The notes: generated by a model from the sequence alone, not told the origin. A DNA stretch of 63,402 nucleotides, filler included, from Choristocarpus tenellus KU-1152 (GCA_964200185.2; 7 parts of 7 records of this genome joined end to end with filler, not necessarily neighbours in it); one strand, 5' to 3'. Positions 25,724-37,582 are shown, counted from the first letter of the whole stretch. A program made the numbers and translations.

Positions 25724-26892
25724 TCATGTACCCCTCAGCCATCTTATCCCTCGAAGACCGCTGCCTGTGGCCACATTTGTCTCAGGGCCATTGATGATGT
25801 AAGCAGTGGCAGAACCATCACCTTCCGCGCTGTCAAACGAACGAGCGGAGGCATGAATGGTAACCTTTGGCTCACTAAACGTTGCTTCCACATCCTCCTC
25901 CTGAGGTCAAAATTGCATTGAAGAGCAGGAAGAACCACCAACATGTCAAGTTGCAAACAGGGAGGGTACAGACAAGGGTGTATCACCCTGATTGTGTTCA
26001 AAGTAAAGCCTTTTGAGTCATCTACCACACATTCACGCTCATCCTCCCCAAGAAAAGAGTAAAATTTCCAAGGACCTAGTATTTCACTCCTCTTTTAAGT
26101 ATTATAACATCGAAGTACAAGATATTTCATCTCGCAGCAGCTCACCAAGTCAAACTCAGAAGGCAATCAACCCAACGCTCCTTTTTCTCCACAAACTCAT
26201 CATGGCCGTGGTTCAGAATGCATTGGACTACGCAGTGGTGTGACAACCGCTATCCGGGCAAAGCTCCAGAGGCATGAAGAAGTTTCATCTACCACAGGAA
26301 GCTGAGGATGGGTAGCTCATCTCACCCCTTTCTCCAGTAAATCTTGTTGATACTTTCTGCAGTCGCTAGGTTTCGCCGTTCCGTACACGTGTTCCTCTCT
26401 CGAGTGAAGCTCAGCGCCAACATAGTCGCCCGTATTTCCTACCATCCTCACTTCTAAAAAATTTACGTCGTACTCTCTCTTTCCATCGTCTAAGTAGGTC
26501 AGATCATACGTAGGATATTCCACGTGAGCCCGCACAGGTTGGTGTACATCCATCACCTACCAGAGGTATAGAGAGGCGTGTCGGCAAGGTCGGAGAGTAC
26601 AACATTATAGAGATGGTAGGTTTGCAATAAAAAGCGGTGGTTCCTCGCTTAAAATTTTCTTGTTAGATGCGGTAACTTTGCTCCTAGGCCTGGAGGAACA
26701 GAACAGGACCTCAATCAATGTAGAATACACCTTCGCAGGGAACCAGATGCCATCAATATCCCTCTCAACAATGTCCCCAATGCAAGGTAATCCACCTCCT
26801 GGCATGCTCTTGGCACCCCCGACATCAGCATTGTCGATTGATAAGGAAGTTTCTGTTTCTCCTTGTCTGTCTTCTCCTCCCTTATCGAACAT
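25724..26892 (-). CDS. Complete 3-exon gene (26892-26731, 26556-26326, 25900-25724), ~189 aa, Tudor/SH3-like domain protein of unknown function
   Basis: All introns are phase 0 GT-AG. The spliced protein contains IGDIVERDIDGIWFPAK|VMDVH...YDLTYLDDGKREYDVNFLEVR (Tudor-like beta barrel) and the C-terminus PKVTIH...AYIINGPETNVATGSGLRGIRWLRGT*. Confidence 0.75.
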
Positions 26893-27082
26893 GACAGTAG
26901 GTACCTATCCTACCTGTGAGTATCCACACACACTACACATTTTCCGTTTTAAATAATATGCGCGCAAAATGATCGGCGATTGCGCGCATTTTCACCAATG
27001 ATGACCTCTATGTCACACGAAGTAGGTTTGGGAGAGGAAGAAAACCTAATTTTCCACACACACTGAACGACGTTACCTGATA
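26893..27082. promoter_or_regulatory. 190-bp interval between divergent start codons (putative bidirectional promoter) with inverted repeat
   Basis: ATGs at 26892(-) and 27083(+). ATGCGCGCAA (26958-26967) and TTGCGCGCAT (26980-26989) form a perfect 10-bp inverted repeat with a 12-bp spacer. The interval is CpG-rich. Confidence 0.6.
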
Positions 27083-27869
27083 ATGACGACCGTCCTGTGG
27101 CACAAGCTTCCCTTCAGGAAGTTCATCTTTCACGAGCTAAAACGCGATGGATGCAGACCTTTCATGATCGGCCTTGGGTAAGGTTCAGAGAAGAAAACAA
27201 AGGGAGTGGTCGGGGAATAGAGCATAGAGGTCGAGACAACTGGCCTACCTCCCTCTATTGTTTTGCGGATTGATTTTTGAAAACCGCTAGATATGTTATT
27301 TACTCAGTCATACTTTGTTGGGGGCTTTGGGAGAGACGGGAAATGCTGTCAAACCGCGAGGGTATTGGTCGATACTTCTTCCACGTTTCAGCCCCATAAC
27401 AATAGGCAGCTGCCCTGGTCGGGGGGTCTCTTAGGTCTTGAACCAGCCTACCGCTGGATACTTTTCTCAGTACCGCAGCTTTCTCATAATTGGCGTAAGG
27501 ATGTCTTTGAGAGGAAGGAGCTGATGTGTGTTAGACCAGCCCATTCTCGTTTTCATTGTTTCAAAAAGGAAGATCACACCCCTGCCCCGAACCGCACCGA
27601 TCTTATGAACTGGTCGAATCCATGGTCCAGGTTTTTAGAGTGGATTAAACCCTCAACTTTCCTCACACTGCTATATCTTGTGATAAAAAAAAATGTTTTG
27701 TCCCTACCCTTAACTCAATTCCCGTGTGCGCCTCCCCCCCCCCTCCTTCTACAGTGTGGCATTCTTTACGTTCGGCGTATATCCCGCAATGGGCTTGACA
27801 GATGAAGACCGCAAGAACTCCGTGTACTACCAACAGCGCATGCGCACCATGGTCTACTCCGACCACTAG
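27083..27869 (+). CDS. 69-aa single-TM protein, likely mitochondrial ATP synthase 6-kDa subunit (i/j, 6.8PL-type) homologue; exons 27083-27177 and 27755-27869
   Basis: The GG|GTAAGG donor and CTTCTACAG|T acceptor are phase-compatible. Protein: MTTVLWHKLPFRKFIFHELKRDGCRPFMIGLGVAFFTFGVYPAMGLTDEDRKNSVYYQQRMRTMVYSDH. It resembles the recalled plant 6-kDa subunit pattern FF.REW.R.WPF..GF.V...L...L..GLTEED.KNS.F.Q.H. Confidence 0.75.
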
Positions 27870-29566
27870 GCATATGTTTTTTGGGACCATAGTGATAAGA
27901 GTTTTTTTTGTTGAAAATAATGCAGGACAGACCCGAGAATGCCAAATAGCATCAATGCAAATGTCGTGAGACTTCTGTGGTGTCGGACGATGATCTAATA
28001 GCCCTGTGATGAATCTGGAGAACATATGGGAGGAGTTTGAACACGAGGATGGTCAAGAGGAATGGATGACAAGGGTAGTACGTAAGCGTCACATTCTCTT
28101 ACACATTCCTGACGACCTTCGAGGTGGAGAGCTGGGAAAAGAGGGCAATGGAACAGGGGATAAATATACTAATATAATTAGATTTTGTTCTGATCACTTT
28201 CAGAACATCAATCTCATTTGCATGGGGAAACTCTACAGGCATCTTCAAAATGGGCACTCCCAATGCCCTCATTTATTTAGTATCTCATGTCAGATTCTCT
28301 GTTGGCAGATAGGATTGTGTAACTTAAGGTTTGTGTGTGCCTAAGCATTTCATAATCCTGCAAAATCGACTTAAGATACCCATCACCCATTTTGTCCTTG
28401 AGTATCCTTCCTTGACTGGAGGATAGTGATCAAATGTGGCCTATAAATAACATGCATGTTGTTCACATGCCTTGCCTACTACTCATCATTCCTCGAGGTG
28501 GTTAGAAAAGTATTTATTCGTTTTGCCAAGCAGTAACCAGAGATAAATCGAATGAAAACCAACAACAGCACGCTGTCTATTTACACATTCTGGGCTTCAG
28601 TGTCTGGTGGTCGATTTGTCCACTTCAACAGGAGTAGGATTGAGGGTGTTCTAATAATGGGCTTGTTTGCGATGTGTTATAATTTAAAATTCACCTTGTA
28701 TTTGAAGTACTTGTTTCACCAACAAATTTTTTCAAGATAAAATGTGAAAGGTATAAATGTGTAAAACATATGATATTTTCCACATGACACTACAACAATT
28801 TGTGGGCGCCGAGAATATATTTTTGTTGTTTCTTGACAACTTTCGAAGCACGATCACAACACACTGTTGGGCTCTTGCCGTCTTGGCAAATCCGACCTGC
28901 TGAGCGTTCGTTGAGGGAGGCCTACGTACTGAAGACTCTTGTTTTTGTTGGTGTGGGTTCCGGCTCAAGGGGGAGATGAGTGATGTCTGAAGAAGGAAAA
29001 ATCTCTGCCGGTTCGAGCTTTAGACAATTGGTACGTTTCTTTCTCAGTACAGAAGAGCGGCTTGATGCGCTATGACTGAGTTCAAAGGCCCAGGCTCCGA
29101 TCCAGCAGTCTTGAGAATGTCTTAACGTTGTATCAAAAGCGTAGGAAATTGCGCTAATTTTCAAGGTCTAGTGTGTAGGGCGCAGTGCTGACTATTTTTC
29201 CCAATATGGTTTGTGTCCAAGAAATGTGCCTTGACAGCACTAGCTGTGACCTCTGTCGGCCAACCTTGATGCGATTATCATTATCTCGCTCATATAGGTG
29301 GAACGGACTGTGTCGTGCCTTTCTTGGCGCCGTTGTGTTGTCTTAGAGTGCCAATGGATCTCCCTCTAGAGTACGAATTCACCTCTGAAGCCTGGTCAAC
29401 AACATGTGCTCCTTTCCCTGAACCCTCTCCCTTGTCCTCCCTTCCAGGATTCTGTGCTTACATGAGTACGGGGGAAAGATAGATTCGTTAGAGATATCTG
29501 CCTCGTTCGGCGAGGAAGTCCGTTTTTGGGCGAGAATCCCCACGTTGAGGGGAGCTTTTGCGAGTA

Positions 29567-32309
29567 ATGAGGAAGCTCCCCGAACCTCGAGCAAGTGAAA
29601 CAGGAGGCATCCTGACTGAGCAAGGAATCTCAAATTTTTCAAAAGCCTCGGAAGGGTCGGGCTTAGGTGGAGTTGGTGATGTTGGAGAACCTTCTCCCTC
29701 TGAAGCTCTCTCGGACAGTAGCGAAGCAGCGTCTATCAAAGCTGCGTCCCAGTCGTTGCCTCAGCTATCAGGAACTCTTGGGAAGCCCCTGACTAACAAA
29801 ATGCTCCCAAAAGCTGACCTGATGGGGGTGGAAATGGCGAGATCGAAACAAGGTCTAGACACAGCAGCAGTTGGGGCATCTGTTGCAGCTCAAGGCGATC
29901 CAAGGCCTTGTACAGATGAACCTGCAGATGTCCAAGTCCTATCCTTGGCCCCTCCTCCTCCAAACCAACCATTACCACTGCCATATAATAGGCTATCCGA
30001 TGTCAACGACAAGGGTAAGGACTGTGCCCGTAGTGACCTCGGGGAACATGAACAAATGCAGCTTGACCAAGAGCTACCACCCGATGCACACGCGAAACCT
30101 GTGCCTGATTCCCACCCTGAACACAAACCAGAGAGACTTGAGGCGGTGAAAGGGCGGGGAGGAAAGGGTGGACGCAAGAATGCGAGGGAGAGTAAGGCTG
30201 GTAAGGAGGGGAGAGGAAGCAGGACCACTGGGGCCTTGCGTGAGTTACCTGGACTTGCAGTAGGGGCAGGGGTGGGTGTTGGGGCAGGCATGGAGGGACC
30301 AGAGGCAACTCTAGGTTTGGTTAAGGCCCGATTGGACCAGGTGCAGATGCGACTCAACGGGGTCGACCGCGCCTTAAAGGAATCTCTTCGTGGCCACAAG
30401 ACAGTCCAGAAGCTGTCACGTGGCCGTGGGAGTGGTACTGCTACTCCAGATCCAGGGGGAGCCAGTTCTGTAGCAAGCACTGTGGTGGTGTCACATCGCA
30501 GGGAGCGTAAGCAGGTGAGCAGTGAAAAGACCTTTCTCGACCCTCCTGTGTCTCCTTTGCACATGTATCTATGGTATTTTAGTTGTCATTGCTGTGACAT
30601 CTGAGATGGGAGTACGGCCAGGTGGGCACCATTGGGCAGGACTTCATTCTATTGGTGGTGTGGGCAAGAGGTGGAGACTGTGCTGATGTGTGAACAACTT
30701 GATGGAGTTTTTAAGGGCTGGTATTTTGAGAATTTGACGCTGTAGAAGTGTGAAAATTAGTTTTGTGAGTTGTAGCAATTGGGTCACTACAGTTTGGATG
30801 TACGTTGTGAGTGATCGAAACCGACAATTGAAGGGTAGTTTTTGATTGGAGGGTAGTTTTTGATTGAAGGGTAGTTTTTGATTGGCTATTTTTCGGTGCA
30901 AGTGTGTGTTGTGTGGATTGTGGTAGCGGAGCTTGGTAATTTTCTTGCCCCCTACATACACATTTCGATTATATTTGAGCGTACTGAATTTTTGTCAGTT
31001 GATGAAACCTTTACTCACACATAATTAGTGATTTGGCTTTGGACAAAAAAGAGCCATTAGGAACGTGTCTCAGATGTGGGATTATGAACGGTGGGTAGAT
31101 CTTGAGGGTAGCACATTGACAAACTGAAAGGAAATGCTATGAAGCAGAAGTACTTTTTTTTTGTAGTAAATTCGCAATGCCATAGAGGTTAGGGTTAGGG
31201 TTCACATGTCCAATTGTGCGTGGGAGTGGACCATCTTGTTGTGGCAAGTGATGGCAAACACAGCAGTGACTGGAAAGGGTTAGGGGAAGTCATTTCTATC
31301 TGGAAGCGTAAATGTGTTTGTGGGGTAGTGAGTGAGGGGCTTGAACAAATATCCCAAAGATTTGTGTCTCCTCGATAGGAAATCAAATATGATTGACACC
31401 TTCCAGGGACAGCTATTTCAGGCGCGGTGTTGCCTTTTTGGTAGTGCCCACCTGTCCATTTTCTTTACTCCTGCATGCATCTTATTGAAATGGAGTACCA
31501 CGGTTGGGGAGGGTATTGTCTTCGAGCAATGTTGGAATGATGCATCTGGTGACAATGCTTGCTTGCTTATGCCCAGGTGGTAATTTGTTTGTGACGGCTA
31601 GTACATGATCATGATCCTCTTGCTGCTTTCTCAACTTTTGGTAGGCGTTCATTCTATTCTTTTTTTTCCCTGCTTGGCCATGGTATATGGTAGTAGTTTT
31701 TGATCGTACACTACCTTTTTTTTTTTTGGCTCATACCCTCCTCCCTATTAATAATATCAAGGGCTTGACGTGTTGTTCTGTTTCCCTTTAAGAATTACTT
31801 CTCTTCCCCCACCCCTCCCCTCCTCTTCTCTAACCCTCTCTTTCCTCTTTTGTGTTGTGACCGGGTTGTGTTGTGCCCTGGGGGTTAATGGCATCATGGC
31901 ATGCGTGAATCAGACGGCACGTCTCCAACAACACCTGACTGAGGTACATGAAACACGCCAAAGGTTCAGCCGGAAATCCTCATCAGTGGGGGTGGGGGAA
32001 GGGAGTGGGGTGACAGGACCATCAACGGCATCTACAAAATCAACCTCTGGAAGTGCTGGAGGAGGAGTTGGTTCTCGGGGGGGGGGAAGGAAACGCAAGC
32101 GACCAGAAGAACAGTCCAAGACTGGGCGTGCTATAGAGGAGGCGGATGAGGATGTGGCGAGGGACTCAGGTGTGGTCAGGAGAGAGTTGGGACTGATGGG
32201 GACAAACTGGGGGTTGGGGGTTGGATATAGTCGTTTCGTGGTGCTTGAGAGGCCTAAGGCTCTGTCGGAAGGACTGACTTTGGCGGGGTGGAGTGAGTTG
32301 GTGTTTTGA
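29567..32309 (+). CDS. Large low-complexity, probably nuclear protein of unknown function; exons ~29567-30514 and 31914-(~32170-32309); likely partial
   Basis: A 348-codon open frame ends at a CAG|GTGAGC donor (30514) and joins in phase 0 to the CAG|ACG acceptor (31914): RRERKQ|TARLQQHLTEVHETRQRF. It has a coiled-coil segment (KARLDQVQMRLNGVDRALKESL) and an NLS-like RKRKRP. Both ends are uncertain. Confidence 0.6.
30827..30884. repeat. 18-bp tandem repeat x3 (intronic)
   Basis: ATTG(A/G)AGGGTAGTTTTTG repeated three times. Confidence 0.9.
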
Positions 32310-33332
32310 GGTGGTTCAGAGTGTTATATATGGATTGGAGTGTTATATATGGGTTGGAGTTTTATACATGGGTTGGAGTGCTACATTCAGATTGTATTAC
32401 AGCATGATGGGTTATGTTGGAGTGTGAAGTTGGTGTGGCAGGGGAGTCTTTTTTTGAAGAGGGGCGGTATTGTGAACCCTTGCATCTCTTATAAATCCGT
32501 GGTAGGAGGGTGGATGATCATTAGAATGAGGAAGATATAAAGAGGTGCGTTCTACTTCGCCCCAAGGCAATTCACATGAAGCGTGTGCCCCTACCTGCTG
32601 ACTCTTGGGTGTGACTTGTGTGTGTCATTTTATTTTTGAAGTTTAAACGGCGGTTACTAGTGTGAAGATATTGAGATGCCGATGTTTCGCCAAGGCAATA
32701 GTCTCGCACCTATGTATGAGACTAGTACCTTGGCGGGGTATGGTATGTACATCCTCACAACATCAGAGGCCAGGGTGATGCCTGATTTATCTGTGGGCGA
32801 TCGATCAACCCACTAGTCTCTGCCTTGTCGTCAGGTGGTATATCCTCGTTCTCCGATTGGATTTTTCCGTTGAGCCCTGCAGGACATCTCATCACACTGC
32901 TTTTATGTCACTCGTCCCCTCGATGTCAGGAGTTGAGGAAGGATACTAAACTTCAAACCCGCTGCCCCTATAGTTTTATCTTGATGTTTTGATGGCTGGA
33001 TGATGGGATAAGACTGGGCCCCTTTTCTCCTCCCCCCCCTCGTCCGTGTTTGGTCGATACACATTTGAATATTATCAACTACCGACTCCTTCACTTCGGT
33101 ACAGCGTTTGCGCAACCTGCTTATGATGCTTTTTTTTTTTTTTTTAAAATGATATCAGCCTGGAGAAGTTGGCTCGATGCAACGTGAGATTGTTGTGTCT
33201 CATAAGACTCAATCCTCGTGGTTAAGTGTTTTNNNNNNNNNNNNNNNNNNNNNNNNNNNNNNNNNNNNNNNNNNNNTTAATTAATTAANNNNNNNNNNNN
33301 NNNNNNNNNNNNNNNNNNNNNNNNNNNNNNNN

Positions 33333-34597
33333 CCCTCACTACCCCACCCCCCAGAAAATCTGGGCCACCTACCCCGACATTTGCATCTGCCATGGGGTGT
33401 TCATTCCCCAGGTGTTGCTTCTGCCCTTGATCAAGCCCAGATGAAGATCCTGGAGTGGGTAAACATCACCATGGTTAAGAAGGTCCCTGGTAGGCTTCAC
33501 ACTGCCCAGGTGATTACCCTCATGCAGACAGTTGATTTCCTGATGATGCATGAAGTAACTTCACCAAGGCTAGAAAAGGGGACCCTAACAGCAGGAGCTA
33601 TCAGAGTGTTCAATTAAGCTCCTCCACCTGTTCTTTGCCCTTTACTGGCCAATGATGGAAAGTTCTTGAGGGAGGAGTGGTTCAACCGTGTAGCGTCGGG
33701 GAACATCCAGAAATTGGTAGCATGGCTATTTGAACGATCCCAGAGGACCAGCAGACATGGGTAGCCCCCTGGAGGTGAACAAAAACCTGCCACGAATGAG
33801 TTGCAGCAGTTGGTCACGACCATGGAGTTATCTCCAAGGGGGCAAGTGTTTTCCTATCACAGCCCAGAGCCCTGGGAACAGAAGAGATTTTCAGGGTAAT
33901 GGTTCCCAAGCATCCAAATGAGGATCCATATGAACTTAGGCAAGCCATGATGGAAGCAAAGGATAGGGTGGAAAGGGATAAAAGGTCTGGGGAACAACAA
34001 TACTGCCCCTGATGGGGAGTACATCACCACTTCCCTGTGGACGGCCTTCGTGAGAGTGAACAGCAACTCCGACCCAGGTCCCAATGGGATGTTCCCTAGC
34101 TATGTTTGATCAGTCATCATGACAGATGTTGGGCATTAAGAAGTGGCGGAGGCGTTTGGAAAGCTTTGGGAGCTAGCCTCGTCTCCTCGGACTGTCTGCA
34201 ACTGGGGAGAAGTGCAGCATGATCACCTGTGGCTCTTTCTTTAGAAGGGCATGCAGTTCAACCTTCTGCGCAGACTGGTGCCCCTACCTGGAGGAATATT
34301 TTGGAGGAATGGGGCAGTTTACTGTAGGTGTCCCAAATGTGGTGGAGCGTGCCCTACTGGACATTTACCTAAGGAATGAGTTTGGTGAATGGGTCATTAG
34401 TCTAGATGAAAGAAAACCTTCAACGGCGTACACCACTCAGCCTTCATTGAGCTCTCCCTTAGACCCCTACCAGGAATTATACCCTACGTGTCCAAGGTGT
34501 ATGGGGACACCAATGATCTTACTCTGCAACCATTTTGAAAATCGGAGTTCCCCCTATTGGGGTTCCATACGTGTGTACACTGCTTGCGCCAATTAAA
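33333..34597 (+). mobile_element. CRE-like (RLE clade) non-LTR retrotransposon reverse transcriptase relic
   Basis: ATGEKCSMITCGSFFRR...YLEEYFGGMGQFTVGVPNVVERALL...GEWVISLDER followed, after a frameshift, by FNGVH. This matches RT domains 1-3 (ALGEKCRP...RR; QFGV.VPGGVE; D..NAFN). It is truncated before QGDP by another repeat. Confidence 0.75.
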
Positions 34598-35462
34598 GCG
34601 CGAGAAGAAATACTTGCGCAATTTGCCTGTAACATGCCCCCCAGTGTGAACTAGGTTTACATATTTCATGCTTATCACAGGCGATTGTCCCCGGTTAAGA
34701 CAATAGATATCATCCGTCACCTCAGATCGTGCTGTGGCGGCATGTGTTGGCTGTCATTAAATGACAGAGGGGCTCCAGTTCCAAACTTGCCAGTTGTTTC
34801 CAACAATGATCGACATATCTCCTAGTTTCTTTTGGGAATGAATCCTCTAAAGTCTTTAGACATAGTCAGAATAAATAAATGTCTGACCCAATCAGAGTAT
34901 ATATTTTTACAAAAAAAAAAACATAACTCCAACTAGGTTCAGAATCGATCAACATATATCCTTGTGTTTCTTGGGATAATTTATCCCAAGAGGCACAGAA
35001 TAACATCAGAGAAAGTCTGCATCTGGCCTAATCTGAGTAAATACTTGCTCCTTCTGAGACACACCTTCCAAATCTACAAATCATACATCTCTGACATGGC
35101 CTAGAATAAGTGGGTCCTCAGTTCCGATCTCCCTAATCTCAAATGTGATAAATTTATATCCATGTTCCCTTTTGAAAATGTTCGTCCACAAGGTCACAGG
35201 ATACAATCTCACTCAAATTGCCTCTGACTTAATCCGAGTGTACACCTTTTCCTTCTGAACTGGGCCTTTAAAAGTTACAAAGTGTATAGTTCTGATTAGG
35301 TCTACGATTAATGAGCCTTCCGTTTCAATCTTCCAGGTTACAATTGCAAGTGCTATCAAGGGCTAGACTTGTATTATTCGTGACGTACTTGACATATGAC
35401 TATTCCCTGTCCTATGTCCCCTAAGCACAAGGTATACTCGAGGCTGCTAGTGCGTAAAACAG
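34598..35462. repeat. Dispersed non-coding repeat family, copy 1 (shorter copy 2 at ~40140-40500)
   Basis: Shared blocks in the same order: CTGTAACATGCCCCC..AG(C/T)GTGAACTAG...AAGACAATAGATATCATC...CACCTCAGATC; CTGCAT.T.GCCTAATCT; and AAGCAC.A.GTATAC...GGCTGCTAGTGCGTAAAACA followed by an A-rich tract. Confidence 0.75.
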
Positions 35463-36029
35463 ACAATGACAAAAAAAGAAAAAAAAAGAGACAGGGGGTA
35501 AAGTAAAGGAAGGACTCAGGGAGATAAGTTATTTAAAAAATTAAAAAAAAGTATCCTATATGAATTACTGTTTGGACTGATATGGTTTGCTTCATGTTTC
35601 TGATTTTCTGCTGCTTTACGTTCTATTTGAGGTCTATGACTATCAATTTTTGATTCCTGTGTTCTGACATGGATTGGTTAGTCCTCATGTACCTTATGTA
35701 TTGATATTTATTGCTCATTCAACTACTTGGACATAACCGTTGACTTAGATAGGAAGCATAAATAAATAATAAACAAGCAATGAGAAGAGACCACACAAGG
35801 TCACTCTTCCAATTTCAACCATGTAATCTCGTTCAGCAAAGGGGGTCGTGTGAGGCTTCACCCCTTCTTATCTTCACTACTAACAAATAGCATTACCTCC
35901 TAAGGTAATGAGCCAAAGTATCTTAGNNNNNNNNNNNNNNNNNNNNNNNNNNNNNNNNNNNNNNNNNNNNTTAATTAATTAANNNNNNNNNNNNNNNNNN
36001 NNNNNNNNNNNNNNNNNNNNNNNNNNACA

Positions 36030-37400
36030 AAGCAAAATACTCTACTTGAGTAGATCTCTTTTGCATAAGACTTAGGCCCATCATTAAGTTTTGCATAGCT
36101 TTGGGGCACAATACACACCCCAGGCCTGGGACACTTTGCAATCCTCACCTCACATTGTTTGCTGATAATTGGATTGAAAATGCCTGATTGACTATGGTTT
36201 TGAAACCAAGTTCTTTTGGTTCGCAACTCTATTAATCACTGCTTCCTCTAGTACAAGCTATGCCCTTCATCTCTCATCCTTCCCCCATACATGTGAGATG
36301 TTGGTAGGTTGAAGAGCATCCACATCAAGAGGCATGAATTTGAGGTTGGCCTTTGTCGCCAAATTCATAGTACAGGCGCAATCACCCTCAGTCTTATCTC
36401 CACCATCTTTGGGCTTGATGACCACGGCATACATGATATCCATACCTAAGAATTTGGGGATCTTCAGTTCTGTGAGAGTAATTGAGTCGGGAGCAGTCAG
36501 TCAGTTTTCCACTTGGTTCAAAAAAGAATAATGCGGTTAGAGATGGTTGGGTGTTGGTTCTGTATTAGGGAGAAATATGAACGAGATCAGAGGCTTAGTG
36601 CATTGTTCAGTTTCCATAACGATCTGAGCCAAAGTAATGAGAGGGGATTGGGTTTTAGACGTTTTGAATTTCAAGGGAAACTTTCAAATTTGTTTATAGA
36701 AGAAGACATTTGAAAAGGAATATTGATAAGTATAACTCAATGTACTCACAGATGTGGACTGAGTGCTTCAAAATACATACTACCAGATGTCACAAGCTCT
36801 TAAAACTCAAACTGGCATCACCCTCTCGGCCACTTTGACTCTACACTTAGGGAGGAAGTGGTGGTGCGTTGAAATATAGCTGTGCGGATTTTGACTACTA
36901 GGTTGAAGATATTCCAAATGGATGCGATATCAGTATGCCCTTGCCTCTAATTCTATGCTTGTTGCTGTTGTCAAGTCCACCTCCAACAGGAATATGAAGC
37001 CTATAGTGGCATTGTAGATGTGGGGGTGTGCTGTTTGCCAGTATTTCTAACTCAAACAATGTGCCAGTTCCAGTGGAAACTTCAAGCAGTGTGCAGTGTA
37101 CAGGCCTTACCCCTCTCCAACAGGAGATCTTTCCTGCCCCGTGGGATCTGTTCTGACCCAAAATTATACAGTGCCCAACAAGTGCTTCCCTGTGAAAATA
37201 CCTCTTGCCCCGAAAAGGTATGCTTGGTCTGGTACCCCTATAAAGGAGTGGCAGAATTCGAGAGGAGAGAAGATATGGTACTCAGGGGAAGTCTTTGACT
37301 CAAACCGCCATACAGTAGAGTATGCTTTGAAGATGGAAACTGGGAAGAGCTTTTCCAAATCGGAGATGTTCTGCCTTCCACAACAGAGAGCAAGGGCGTC
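36030..37400 (-). mobile_element. Degenerate Ty3/Gypsy protease-RT relic
   Basis: On the minus strand IFLPNTEP resembles I.L.PG..P, YAVVIKPKDGG resembles P.VLV.KKDG, and RTWFQNH resembles KTAF.T. The order is as expected; heavily disrupted. Confidence 0.4.
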
Positions 37401-37582
37401 ACACTGGAAATGATTGCAGTGTGCAGGGGGTTACAGAGCAGGGAAAGTTGCCGTATAGTGATTGTTGTCAGGGGCAGAGCTGTATGATTTGTGGTACACA
37501 TAAGTTAGAGGGACAGTGATCAACAGAATCCTACTTATTATGCTATATTTTATAACAAGGGAAGAGTCTTAAATGGACAGAA

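Noticed and set aside
28840-28900. PHD-finger-like RICQDG...CCD on the minus strand
   Set aside because: The remaining Cys/His ligands are missing and the frame is closed. Probably chance.
29890-30564. 224-aa antisense ORF
   Set aside because: It is a shadow of the GC-rich sense exon 29567-30514.
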